Assembly: GCA_965242525.1 (NCBI GenBank)
Contig: OZ251459.1
Coordinates: 512,001 to 576,000, forward strand
Direction of reading: 5' to 3'
DNA length: 64,000 nucleotides
Source of the DNA: an uncultured Candidatus Binatia bacterium
GTDB lineage: Bacteria; Desulfobacterota; Binatia; UBA9968; JAJDTQ01
Positions 27,688-37,514 of this stretch are shown here, piece by piece. Each line of letters begins with the position of its first letter. Position 1 is the stretch's first letter. The position numbers were made by a program, and so were the translations under genes. Below the pieces are notes generated by a model. That model did not search any database and was not told where the DNA came from. It saw only the letters and a program-made list of their open reading frames with translations.

Positions 27688-29427
27688 ATGGCGGAATACG
27701 GCTCCGACGTGATCGTCGAACTGCTCAAGGCCCTGGGCGTCAAGTACGCGGCCTTGAACCCGGGGGCGAGCTTTCGCGGCATCCACGATTCCCTGGTGAA
27801 CTACAACCGCAACAAGGACCCGGAGATCATCGTCTGCTGCCACGAGGAGATCGCCGTGTCCCTGGCCCACGGCTACGCCAAGGCCACGGGCGAGCCCATG
27901 GCCGCCATCGTGCACGACGTGGTGGGTTTGCAGCACGCGGCCATGGCCATCTACAACGCGTGGTGCGACAAGGTCCCGGTGCTGGTGCTGGGGGGCACCG
28001 GACCCATGGACGCCACCCGGAGGCGGCCGTGGATCGACTGGATCCACACCGCGCTGGTGCAGGGCAACTTCGTCCGGGACATCGTCAAGCTGGACGACCA
28101 GCCCATGAGCCTGGGAGCGCTGTCCAACTCCATCCTGCGCGGGTACCGGGTGGCCATGACCGAGCCCAGGGGGCCGGTCTATCTCTGCTTCGACCTGGAC
28201 CTGCAGGAGGCCCGGCTGCCGGAGGCCATGGAGGTCCCCGCGCCGGACCGTTACCGGCCGCCGGCGCCGCTCCAGGCGGAGCAGGGCGCCATCGAGGAGG
28301 CCGCGGCGTGGTTGTCCGAAGCCGAGAACCCGGTGATCATCGCCGACTACCTGGGACGGCGCCCGCAGGCCATGCTGTCGCTGGTGGATTTGGCGGAGAC
28401 CCTGGGCGCGGCGGTGGTGGACCGGGGTGCGCGCCACAACTTCCCCAACACCCATCCCCTGGACCTGACCGGGAAGGAGAAGGAACTGGTGGCCGAGGCC
28501 GACGTCATCCTGGGTCTCGACGTCATGGACCTGTTCGGCGCGCTGTACCGCCACGACCCACGCACCCAGACCTCCGCGCCGGCCTTCCGTCCCGGCTGCC
28601 GGATCGTCAACGTGACCTTGGCCGACTTCGCCATCAAGAGCTGGTCCACCGAGTACATGGAGCTGGCGCCCGTGGACCTGCCCATCCTGGCCGATACCCA
28701 TGTGTTCGTGCCGGCCCTCACCGAAGCGGTCCGGCGCCGGGGCGGCCCTGCGCGGTCGGTGGTGGAAGACCGCAGCCGGGCCCTGGAGCGGCGCCACCGG
28801 GCCATCCGGGAGGAAAGCCAGGCGGTGCTCCGGAAGCGCTGGGACGAAAGCCCCATCTCGCCGCCGCGCCTGGCCCGGGAGGTCTGGGAGGTCATCGAGG
28901 ACGAGGACTGGACCCTGGTGGCCGGAGCCTTTCGCGGCTGGCCGCGGCGGCTGTGGACCTGGGAGAAGCCCAACGCGTTCCTGGGCGGATACGGCGGGGG
29001 CGGCCTCGGCTATGCCCCGGGCGCGTCCGTGGGCGCCGCCCTGGGGCTTCGGGACACGGGCACGGTGTGCATCGACCTGCAGCGCGACGGCGACCTGCTC
29101 TTCACCAACTCCGCCTTGTGGACCGCGGCCAGCTACGGCGTGCCGCTGCTCATGATCATGACCAACAACCGCACCTACTACAACGACGAGGAACACCAGG
29201 AGCGGGTGGCGCTGGCGCGCCGCCGCCCGGTGGAGAACAAGGGCGTGGGCATGCGCATGGAAACGCCCCCGGTGGACTTCGCGGCCCTGGCCCGGTCCTT
29301 CGGGGTGTACGGCGAAGGACCCATCGAGGATCCCGCGGATATCCAGCCCGCGGTCCGGCGGGCCTTGGCGATGGTCAAGGAGGAGCGCAAGCCGGCCCTG
29401 GTGGACGTGGTCATACAGGCCATCTGA
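27688..29427 (+). CDS. Thiamine-diphosphate-dependent enzyme (ALS/benzoylformate decarboxylase-like)
   Basis: NPGASFRG.HDS, HEE.AV..AHGYAK, DGD...NN ThDP motif. Confidence 0.88.
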   Translation: MAEYGSDVIVELLKALGVKYAALNPGASFRGIHDSLVNYNRNKDPEIIVCCHEEIAVSLAHGYAKATGEPMAAIVHDVVGLQHAAMAIYNAWCDKVPVLVLGGTGPMDATRRRPWIDWIHTALVQGNFVRDIVKLDDQPMSLGALSNSILRGYRVAMTEPRGPVYLCFDLDLQEARLPEAMEVPAPDRYRPPAPLQAEQGAIEEAAAWLSEAENPVIIADYLGRRPQAMLSLVDLAETLGAAVVDRGARHNFPNTHPLDLTGKEKELVAEADVILGLDVMDLFGALYRHDPRTQTSAPAFRPGCRIVNVTLADFAIKSWSTEYMELAPVDLPILADTHVFVPALTEAVRRRGGPARSVVEDRSRALERRHRAIREESQAVLRKRWDESPISPPRLAREVWEVIEDEDWTLVAGAFRGWPRRLWTWEKPNAFLGGYGGGGLGYAPGASVGAALGLRDTGTVCIDLQRDGDLLFTNSALWTAASYGVPLLMIMTNNRTYYNDEEHQERVALARRRPVENKGVGMRMETPPVDFAALARSFGVYGEGPIEDPADIQPAVRRALAMVKEERKPALVDVVIQAI

Positions 29428-29482
29428 AACGGACGCCCTGCGGCGGACCAACCGTCGGCAGGCCGCCGGATAAATATCGTAA

Positions 29483-29622
29483 GGAACCTCTGAACAATCA
29501 GGCAGAGGGCATGAGCGCGTCCTTCGACTTCGCTTCGCTACGCTCAGGACGAACGGAAATAGGGGCGTCAGGGTGAGGGAATCGGGAATCCATCCCGGAT
29601 GTCTTGATTGTTCAGAGGTTCC
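29483..29622. mobile_element. MITE family A, complete copy (followed by a second partial copy to about 29700)
   Basis: Perfect 17-bp TIRs GGAACCTCTGAACAATC, GTAA duplicated at 29479-29482 and 29623-29626; near-identical to 357-487. Confidence 0.85.
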
Positions 29623-29704
29623 GTAAGGAAACTCTGAACAATTACCCCGTTCGTCCTGAGCGTAGCGAAGCGAAGTCGAAGGACGCGCTTACGGAGGGTT
29701 CGTC

Positions 29705-31396
29705 ATGGCTTACGACCTGGTCATTCGCGGCGCCGCCATCTGCGACGGTTCGGGAAGCCCCGGCTACACCGGGGACGTGGCCGTCCAGGGGGAGACGCTG
29801 AGTCAGGTGGGGGGCAAGGCCGGCCCCGCTCGCCGCGAGGTGGACGGCGCGGGCCTGGTGGCGGCCCCCGGCTTCATCGACGGCCACACGCACATGGACG
29901 CGCAGTTGCTGTGGGACCCCCAGGTGACGAGCTCGTGCTACCACGGCGTCACCAGCATCGTCACCGGCAACTGCGGGCTGAGCCTCGCCCCGTGCAAGCC
30001 CGAGGACCGGGACGTCCTGCTCCAGACCTTCTCCCACGTGGAGGGCATGGACATCGAGCTCCTGCGGCGCGCAGTGGCGTGGAGTTGGACCGACATGGCC
30101 GGTTACATGCGCGCGGTGGAGGCGGCGCGCCCGGCCCTGAACGTGGGCATGCTGGTGGGCCACTGCCCGCTGCGCCAATACGTCATGGGAGACGACGCCG
30201 TAAGGCGGGCGGCCACCGCGGACGAGGTGGCCTCCATGCAGGCGTTGCTGCAAGAGGCCCTGGAGGCGGGGCTGCTGGGGTTTTCCACCAACCGCAACGA
30301 GCGCCATTTTCGTGAGGACGGCGAGCCGTTGCCGAGCCGGTTGGCGGAGTGGGAAGAGGTGGAAGCCCTGGGGCAGGTGCTGGCGGAGCTCGGGCGCGGG
30401 GTGATCCAGATGAGCTCGGCCTCCCAGAGCGCGGAACGGGTGGCGGCGTTGGCGGATTTCTCCCTGCGCACCGGCCGTCCGGTGGTGTGGAACTCCATCC
30501 TGCACCGGTGGTCCAAGCCGGACGAGTGGCGCGAGCTGCTGGAGGCCGCCGCGGCGGGTTTCGAGCGCGGCGCGCGGGCCTGGCCCAACACCAACGTCCG
30601 GCCCTTCAACAACCGCTTCAACCTCATCGACGGACAGGAGTTCGACGAGTTCCCCACTTGGCGCGGCCTCATGTTCAGCCCCGTGGAGGAGCGCCGGGCC
30701 GCGTTCCGGGACCCCGAAGTGCGGAAGAAGCTGCGCTGGGAAGTCGTGGAGGACCCCACGCCGGCCGCCTTCCACAAGCGCTGGGAGCTGGTCTATATCG
30801 TCAAGCCGGCGCGCGAGGAGAACGCCCGTCTTCGGGGCGAGAACGTGGCCGACTACGCACGTTCCCAGGGCAAGGACGTGCTGGACGCCTTCCTGGACCT
30901 GTGCCTGTCGGAGGACCTGGAGACCGGCTTCCAGACCGCCCACACCAACGGCGACCCCGACGCCGTGGGCGCCATCGTGTCGAGCCCCTACACCGTGCTG
31001 GGGCAGTCGGACGCCGGCGCCCACGTGGCCATCGACGCGGGCTTCGGCTACTGCACGATGCTGTTGTCCCGGTACGTGAGGGAGCGCGGCGACCTCACCC
31101 TGGAAGAGGGCGTCCGCAAGCTCACCTCCATGCAGGCCGAGATCTGCGGCATCGCCGACCGCGGCCTGCTCCGGCCCGGCATGGCCGCGGACGTGGTGCT
31201 GTTCGACCCCGATACGGTGGGTCCGCAGGAACCCGAGCTCGCGCACGACTTCCCCGGCGGCGCCGCCCGATTGGTGCAACGGGCGGACGGCATCCGCACC
31301 GTCCTCGTCAACGGACAGGTGGCGTTGGAGGACGGCGCCCCCACCGGGGAGCGTTCGGGCAGGCTGCTGCGCAGCCGCGGTGCGGAAGTGTCGTAG
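29705..31396 (+). CDS. N-acyl-D-amino-acid deacylase-like amidohydrolase
   Basis: APGFIDGHTHMD, HGVTS..GNCG, SDAGAHV, DRGLLRPG.AADVVLFD. Confidence 0.88.
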   Translation: MAYDLVIRGAAICDGSGSPGYTGDVAVQGETLSQVGGKAGPARREVDGAGLVAAPGFIDGHTHMDAQLLWDPQVTSSCYHGVTSIVTGNCGLSLAPCKPEDRDVLLQTFSHVEGMDIELLRRAVAWSWTDMAGYMRAVEAARPALNVGMLVGHCPLRQYVMGDDAVRRAATADEVASMQALLQEALEAGLLGFSTNRNERHFREDGEPLPSRLAEWEEVEALGQVLAELGRGVIQMSSASQSAERVAALADFSLRTGRPVVWNSILHRWSKPDEWRELLEAAAAGFERGARAWPNTNVRPFNNRFNLIDGQEFDEFPTWRGLMFSPVEERRAAFRDPEVRKKLRWEVVEDPTPAAFHKRWELVYIVKPAREENARLRGENVADYARSQGKDVLDAFLDLCLSEDLETGFQTAHTNGDPDAVGAIVSSPYTVLGQSDAGAHVAIDAGFGYCTMLLSRYVRERGDLTLEEGVRKLTSMQAEICGIADRGLLRPGMAADVVLFDPDTVGPQEPELAHDFPGGAARLVQRADGIRTVLVNGQVALEDGAPTGERSGRLLRSRGAEVS

Positions 31397-31502
31397 CGGA
31401 ATCGGTTCCGTCGATAGGCAGTAGTCCGAATGGCTTCTCACTCGAAACGTCGAACAGCGGGTAGCGCTGGCATGTGGCGCCTAGGCAACATGTGGGGGTG
31501 AT

Positions 31503-31760
31503 ATGGGAAACATACGCAAGACCATTACACTGACCGATCAGCAGGATGAGTGGATCAAGGCGCAGGCGACGGCTGGCAAATTCGCTGACGACAGCGAGTA
31601 CATCCGTGAACTGATCCGTCGCGATCAGGAGGAATCCGCCAGGGTTCAAGCCCTCGAGGCTGCGATTCAAGAGGGTTTGGACAGCGGGGTGAGCGATAAA
31701 ACCGTACCTGCGATTATGGAGGAAGTCGAAGCTCGGCTTCGAAAAGATGGCCGCCTATAG
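31503..31760 (+). CDS. ParD-type ribbon-helix-helix antitoxin (CC2985-like)
   Basis: KTITLT, G.F...SEYIRELIR, AIQEGLDSG. Confidence 0.85.
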   Translation: MGNIRKTITLTDQQDEWIKAQATAGKFADDSEYIRELIRRDQEESARVQALEAAIQEGLDSGVSDKTVPAIMEEVEARLRKDGRL

Positions 31761-31914
31761 GTTGTCGAGGAAGGCGGCCGACCTCGATGGAATCCAGGAG
31801 GACACTCTGAACAATTACGGATACCCTGAACGACCATCCCCGTTCGTCCTGAGCGTAGCGAAGCGAAGTCGAAGGGCGCGCTTTCCCCCGGGGAGAAGGA
31901 ACAAGGCGCCGTGA
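31747..31914 (+). pseudogene. Truncated ParE-family toxin fused to family A repeat
   Basis: MAAYRLSRKAADLDGI... overlaps the antitoxin stop; after about 25 codons the frame runs into the repeat core (PFVLSVAKRSRR). Confidence 0.7.
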
Positions 31915-34724
31915 GGCTTTCCTGGAACGAGGTTCGGGCGCGGGCCGCGGACTTCGCCCGTGAGTGGGCGGACGCGGCTTACGAGAAGGGCGAGACCCAC
32001 AGTTTCTACAACGACTTCTTCGAGATCTTCGGCGTCAAGCGGCGCACGGTGGCGCGCTACGAAGAGCACGTCCGACGCCTCGACGACACCCGCGGCTTCA
32101 TCGACCTGTTCTGGCCGGGGGTGCTCCTGGTGGAGCAGAAGAGCGCCGGCCGCGGCTTGGCTGCGGCGCGGGAGCAGGCGGGCGCCTACTTCGACGCGCT
32201 CCCGGAGCGGGACCGTCCGCGCTACCAGCTCCTCTGCGACTTTCGGACGTTCGAGCTCCTCGACCGGGACGAGGGCGAGGAATATCGCTTCGCCTTGGCC
32301 GACCTGCCCGCCAACGTGGAGAAGTTCGGCTTCATCCTCGGGGTGCAGCGGCGCACGTTCCGGGACCAGGACCCGGTGAACGTCGAAGCGTCCGAGTTGG
32401 TGGCGCGGCTGCACGACGCCCTCAAGGCATCAGGTTACGACGGCCACGACCTGGAACTGTTCCTGGTGCGCACGGTCTTCTGCCTCTTCGCCGACGATAC
32501 CGGCATCTTCGAGCCCCGGGACATCTTCCTCGACTTCGTGGAGGAACGCACGGCTGCGGACGGCATCGACCTCGGCCCCTGGCTGGCCCGGCTGTTCCAG
32601 GTGCTGCACACACCCGAGGACCGGCGGCAGGCGAAGCTGGACGAGGATTTGGCCCGCTTTCCCTACGTCAACGGCGACCTTTTCGCCGAGCCGCTCCGCA
32701 TCCCGGACTTCGACGCCGCCATGCGCCAAGCCCTGCTCGACGCCGGGCGGTTCGACTGGACGGCGATTTCTCCGGCCATCTTCGGGGCGCTGTTCCAGTC
32801 GGTGATGGAGCCGGTGGAGCGTCGCGCCGCGGGGGCGCACTACACCACGGAGAAGAACATCCTGAAGGTGATCGAGCCGCTGTTCCTGGACGACTTGCGG
32901 GCGGAGTTCGCGCAACTCAAGGCAAGACGCGACAGCCGCCGGGTTCCCGACCTCCACGTCTTTCAACGGAAGCTCGGCGCGCTGCGGTTCTTCGACCCCG
33001 CATGCGGGTGCGGCAACTTCCTCATCATCGCGTACCGGGAGTTGCGCGCCCTGGAGATCGAAGTGCTGCGGGAACTGAATCCGGGCCAGCGCCAGTTCGA
33101 GATGCTTGCGGACGTGCTGTCGGTGGTGGACGTGGACCAGTTCCACGGCGTCGAGATCGGGGAGTTCCCTGCCCGCATTGCGAGCACTGCGCTGTGGATG
33201 ATGGACCACATCATGAACAACCGTCTGAGCCTGGAGTTCGGACGGACCTACGCGCGGATACCCATCGAGAAGTCACCGAACGTCCGCAACGCGGACGCCC
33301 TGGAGACGGACTGGGCCGAGGTGCTGCCGCCGGAGGAATGTTCGTACGTGTTCGGCAACCCGCCCTTCGGCGGGTCCAAGTACCAATCGCCGGAGCAGCG
33401 GGCGCAGGTGCGGCGCATCGCGGCCTTGGGCGGCAGCGGGGGCACGCTGGACTACGTGGCGGCGTGGTTCATCCTGGCCGGCGAGTACGTCCGTCGCGTG
33501 GAGCCGGGAGGACTCCCTCCCCGCATCGGCTTCGTGGCCACCAACTCGATCACGCAGGGCGAACAGGCGGCGCAGCTCTGGCCGATCCTGTTAGATCGCC
33601 ATGGCCTGGAGGTCGCCTTCGCCCACCGCACCTTCGCCTGGGGTTCGGACGCCCGGGGCATGGCGCACGTCCACGTGACGATCATCGGCCTGGACGCCGC
33701 GGAACGCGGGTCAACCCAAAAGCGCCTCTTTTCCTACGAGGACGTGAAGGGCGAGCCCCTCGAAAGCCGCCACGCGGTGATCACGCCGTACCTGTTCGAC
33801 GGCGGCGGGCTGGCGAACCCGCACCTGGTGGTGCGGGAGGAAGGACGGCCGGTCAACGGGCTGCCGCGGCTCGTCATCGGATCGAAACCGATCGATGGCG
33901 GTCACTACATACTGGACGCCGAGGCGCGCGCCGCGCTGCTCGATGACTGCCCGGCCGCGGAACCGTACATCCGCCCCTACGTCGGCGCCTATGAGTACAT
34001 CAACGGCAAGAACCGCTGGATCCTGTGGCTCGGGGATGCGCCGCCGGAGTTGCTGCGGCGTGAGCCGGCGCTCCGCGAACGCGTGGCCGCGGTGCGCGGG
34101 TTGCGCCAGCGGAGCAAGAGCGCGCCGACCCGCGCCCTGGCGGAGACCCCGACGCTGTACCACGTCAACGTCATCCCCGACGCCCCGTTCCTGGTCATCC
34201 CCAAGGTGAGTTCCGAACGGCGCGAGTACGTTCCCATTGGCTGGTTGCAACCGCCGACCATTCCCAGCGACCTCGTTTTCGTCCTCGAAGGCGCCACCAA
34301 GTCGACGTTCGCCCTCCTGACCTCCGCCATGCACATGTCGTGGCTGCGGCACATCGGCGGACGCCTGAAAAGCGACTACCGCTACTCCATCGGACTCGTC
34401 TATAACACCTTCCCGCTCCCGTCCGTTCCGGAAGCGGACCTCGAAGCCCTGACGCCCCACGCGGACGCCGTACTCGCCGCACGCGCCAACCATCCCGGCG
34501 CCGCACCGGCCGACCTCTACGCCCCGGACCTGACGCCGCCCGACCTTCGCCGCGCCCACAGGCAACTCGACCGCGCTGTCGATCGTCTCTACCGCAGAGC
34601 CGCGTTCGCGTCCGAACGGGAGCGAGTCGAGCACCTCTTCACCCTCTACGAGCGTCTCCGGGGCCCCCTTGTCGCAGAAGCCGCAAAGCGGCCAAAGCGC
34701 AAACGCCGCGGCACGGGACCATGA
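31911..34724 (+). CDS. MmeI/YeeA-like type IIL restriction-modification enzyme (nuclease + N6-adenine MTase + TRD)
   Basis: GFIDLFWPG.LL.EQKS nuclease motif, GAHYT, FFDPACGCGNF, GNPPF, GRLKSDYRYS...YNTFP. Confidence 0.92.
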   Translation: MRLSWNEVRARAADFAREWADAAYEKGETHSFYNDFFEIFGVKRRTVARYEEHVRRLDDTRGFIDLFWPGVLLVEQKSAGRGLAAAREQAGAYFDALPERDRPRYQLLCDFRTFELLDRDEGEEYRFALADLPANVEKFGFILGVQRRTFRDQDPVNVEASELVARLHDALKASGYDGHDLELFLVRTVFCLFADDTGIFEPRDIFLDFVEERTAADGIDLGPWLARLFQVLHTPEDRRQAKLDEDLARFPYVNGDLFAEPLRIPDFDAAMRQALLDAGRFDWTAISPAIFGALFQSVMEPVERRAAGAHYTTEKNILKVIEPLFLDDLRAEFAQLKARRDSRRVPDLHVFQRKLGALRFFDPACGCGNFLIIAYRELRALEIEVLRELNPGQRQFEMLADVLSVVDVDQFHGVEIGEFPARIASTALWMMDHIMNNRLSLEFGRTYARIPIEKSPNVRNADALETDWAEVLPPEECSYVFGNPPFGGSKYQSPEQRAQVRRIAALGGSGGTLDYVAAWFILAGEYVRRVEPGGLPPRIGFVATNSITQGEQAAQLWPILLDRHGLEVAFAHRTFAWGSDARGMAHVHVTIIGLDAAERGSTQKRLFSYEDVKGEPLESRHAVITPYLFDGGGLANPHLVVREEGRPVNGLPRLVIGSKPIDGGHYILDAEARAALLDDCPAAEPYIRPYVGAYEYINGKNRWILWLGDAPPELLRREPALRERVAAVRGLRQRSKSAPTRALAETPTLYHVNVIPDAPFLVIPKVSSERREYVPIGWLQPPTIPSDLVFVLEGATKSTFALLTSAMHMSWLRHIGGRLKSDYRYSIGLVYNTFPLPSVPEADLEALTPHADAVLAARANHPGAAPADLYAPDLTPPDLRRAHRQLDRAVDRLYRRAAFASERERVEHLFTLYERLRGPLVAEAAKRPKRKRRGTGP

Positions 34725-34920
34725 GACCCTGCAAACCCTCCCGACGCCTGTGGAACGTCCGGCCCGTTCCGGCTCGAGTTCCCTCTCCACATGGGAAAGC
34801 GCTCCTTCGGAAAACGGGTCCTTCGACTTCGCTTCTCTACGCTCAGGACGAACGGGGATAGGAGGGTCAGGGTGATGGAGTCCATCCTGGATGTCTCGAT
34901 TGTCCAGAGGTTCCTTGTGA

Positions 34921-35316
34921 GGCGCTTCAGGAATTCGTGTGGGTTGCGACACTCCCCATCCCTTCATCCCCGCGAAAGCCCCGTCTCGTCATTCCCGCGA
35001 AAGCGGGAATCCAGACCTTGTGAGAAAACTCCATGGCGCCCTGTATGAGAGGTTTGTACAACGAGGGCGATGAAACTGGATGGATTCCCGCTTTCGCGGG
35101 AATGACGGGGGGTGGGCTTCTGCGGGAATGACAGGGTGGGCGTCTGCGGGAATGACAGGGTGGGCGTCTGCAGGAATGACAGGGTGGGCGTCTGCAGGAA
35201 TGACAGGGTGGGCGTCTGCAGGAATGACGGAGTGGGCGTCTGCGGAGCAATGACGGCGTGGTCCCTTTCGCTCTCCCTTTCCCTCCTACCTTACCCACAC
35301 GAAGGCTGGAAGAGCA
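34921..35316. mobile_element. MITE family B, long copy with palindromes and 24-bp VNTR
   Basis: Ends GGCGCTTCAGGAATTCGTGTGGG and CCCACACGAAGGCTGGAAGAGCA; inverted pair of GTCATTCCCGCGAAAGCGGGAATCC; near-identical direct copy at 38370. Confidence 0.75.
35096..35255 (+). repeat. 24-bp tandem repeat GC(G/A)GGAATGACAGGGTGGGCGTCT, about 6 units
   Basis: Directly visible tandem units. Confidence 0.85.
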
Positions 35317-35323
35317 GGAAAGG

Positions 35324-36264
35324 AGCATATTCCAATCGGAGAATGCCCTGAAGGTGTAGGAGTCAGGCCCTTTTGAACTCCCGTTGAGAGATGGTTTGGA
35401 ACAACAGTGATCGGGCCTGGTTCATTTTTTCGGCAGCCTCGTTGTCGGTGATCTCTTGTGCCAGAGCGTCGAGCTTCTCGAAGGTGACCCCGGGCTTGAG
35501 GAAGGAGTGAGCGTGGGGGAGGGACTTGAGCTTGTCGTAGGGGGTCATGGAGAGGCGGTAGGGGTATCGTTTCCGTTGCTTGCCCCTGGGGTCGGTGAGG
35601 GTTTCGGAGAACAGGCAGGGGCGATGGTAGTTGTGGTAGGGGTTGGTGTGGAGGCGGTGGAAGTCGTTGAGGGTGAAGGGGAAGCTGTCCACGAGTTGCT
35701 CCAGGACCGGAACCAGGTAATGCCCGCTGATCTTCTCCACGCTCACCACCACCTCGAAACACGTGGCAGGCCCGCTCGCACAGCTTCTTGACCGCCAAGC
35801 CGTTGGGGGTGTTGTGCCGCTCGTCCATGGCCGCCAACAGCCGGATGTCCGAAGCAGTGTAGCGCCGGGTGAACTTCTGCCCCTGGCTCCGGGGCCGAAG
35901 GTCTAGCCGTCCGGTCTTCCCGTACTGCCGGATCAGCCGAAACACCTGCTCCCGGGAATACCCCGTCACCTTCGTCAGGTAGCGCACCACCGTCCCCTTG
36001 TCCCTCCGCCCCAGGGTGGGATACAGGAACCGGGCCAGCACCTGCCGCACCCACTCATACCGCTCCGCCTTCCCTCCCGGAACCTCGAAGGCCACCGCCC
36101 GGACCCCTTCCAGAAACTCCCGAAACTGCTCCACCGTCCGCAAATCCCTGGCGTTCCCAAGCGTCTTCATCCTTGCAGTATGAACCGAAGTCCGCCCCTG
36201 TCCAGTGTCATTCCCCTTTGGAATCACGCACCCCCTTCAGTGCCATCCTGCATTGGACAATCCT
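35324..36264 (-). mobile_element. Degenerate IS (rve/DDE integrase-like transposase) with internal deletions
   Basis: Imperfect IRs AGCATATTCCAAT..CTGAAG / AGGATTGTCCAAT..CTGAAG; transposase N-terminus (GYSREQVFRL, RRYTASDI) and C-terminus (NPYHNYHRPC, TPYDKLKSLP) lie in different frames and the catalytic core is missing. Confidence 0.75.
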
Positions 36265-36345
36265 CAAGATGGTTTCGTGCGACGAGTTGTGGTAGGCTGT
36301 GCCGATCGTTTGGAGGCCCACGCCCCGGACGACTGCCGACCAGCG

Positions 36346-37482
36346 ATGCCCTACGAACTGTCCGACCAGAAACGTGAATGGTACCGTCTCGTCTCGGCGT
36401 GGTCGCGGCTGCGCAAGCAGGCGGCGAGTTGCGGGAAGCTCGCGGCGGGCGCGAAGGGCGTCAATGTTCCGACCCTCGACCCGGCGCGCCTGATGCCGCA
36501 ACAGGAGCTGCATGGCTTGCGTGCGCTGTCGCTGTTCTCCGGCGGCGGCGGGCTCGACTTGGCCTTCGAGCGCGCCGGATTCGAGCATGTCGCCAGCTTC
36601 GACATCCTGGACATCTGCGGCGCGACGTTGCGGCGAAGCCGTCCCGGGTGGCGCGTGTTCAGCGGGTTGGCGGGCGACGTCCGCCAAGTTGACGGGGCCT
36701 CGTTCGAAGGCGGTGTGGACATCGTTCACGGCGGCCCGCCCTGCCAACCTTTCTCCACCGCCGGAAAGCGAAAGGGCGGCGAAGACGGCCGCGACATGTG
36801 GCCCGCGTTCACGGCCGCGGTCCTGAAGCTCAGGCCGTGCGCTTTCGTGGCCGAGAACGTCCCTGGCTTGCTGGACGCGAAATTCAACGGCTACGTCGGC
36901 AACAGGATTCTCCAACCGCTGGCGCCCCGATACCACATCGTCAAGTTCCGGCTCCTGGCGTCGGATTTCGGCGTTCCCCAGGTGCGCAAGCGCGTTTTCT
37001 TCGTCGGCTTCCGGTCCCGGAAAGCCGCCCGCGCCTTTCGCGTCCCCTCGCCGACGCACGGCAGGTGCGACGACTTGTTTGCGCCCGGAAACAGAACCCT
37101 CGGCGCCCGCGCGGCGCTGGGGTTGCCGGACATCGGTTTCGACAGCTTCGCGCCGACGCTTCGTTCCGGCTTCACGGGGCCGCGAAAATCCACCAGCATC
37201 CTGAACAGCAGGGCCAGCCAAGCGGTATGGGAGCGGCTACATATCTGGCCGAACGGAGTGCAGAGGAGTCGCGGCGACGCAGCGAGGTTTCCCCCCGAGA
37301 ACGGACACTTCCGTTTGTCCGTGCAGGATTGCGCCGTACTTCAGGGCTTTCCGGAAGACTGGCGCTTCGAGGGCGCCGCATACCAGGTCATTGGACAGAT
37401 CGGCAACTCCGTGTGTCCGCCGGTCGGCTACGCCCTCGCGAAGTCGGTGGCGCAAGCGCTGGGTGTCTCACGCCTTGCTTGA
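36346..37482 (+). CDS. DNA (cytosine-5)-methyltransferase
   Basis: LFSGGGG, GGPPCQPFS, ENVPG, PQVRKRVFFVG, QGFP, IGNSV. Confidence 0.93.
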   Translation: MPYELSDQKREWYRLVSAWSRLRKQAASCGKLAAGAKGVNVPTLDPARLMPQQELHGLRALSLFSGGGGLDLAFERAGFEHVASFDILDICGATLRRSRPGWRVFSGLAGDVRQVDGASFEGGVDIVHGGPPCQPFSTAGKRKGGEDGRDMWPAFTAAVLKLRPCAFVAENVPGLLDAKFNGYVGNRILQPLAPRYHIVKFRLLASDFGVPQVRKRVFFVGFRSRKAARAFRVPSPTHGRCDDLFAPGNRTLGARAALGLPDIGFDSFAPTLRSGFTGPRKSTSILNSRASQAVWERLHIWPNGVQRSRGDAARFPPENGHFRLSVQDCAVLQGFPEDWRFEGAAYQVIGQIGNSVCPPVGYALAKSVAQALGVSRLA

Positions 37483-37514
37483 CGCCCAAGGCAATCTGTG
37501 GATGGGAACGCGAG

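Noticed and set aside
35096-35255. Regular repeats as a CRISPR array
   Set aside because: The units are head-to-tail with no unique spacers, so this is a VNTR
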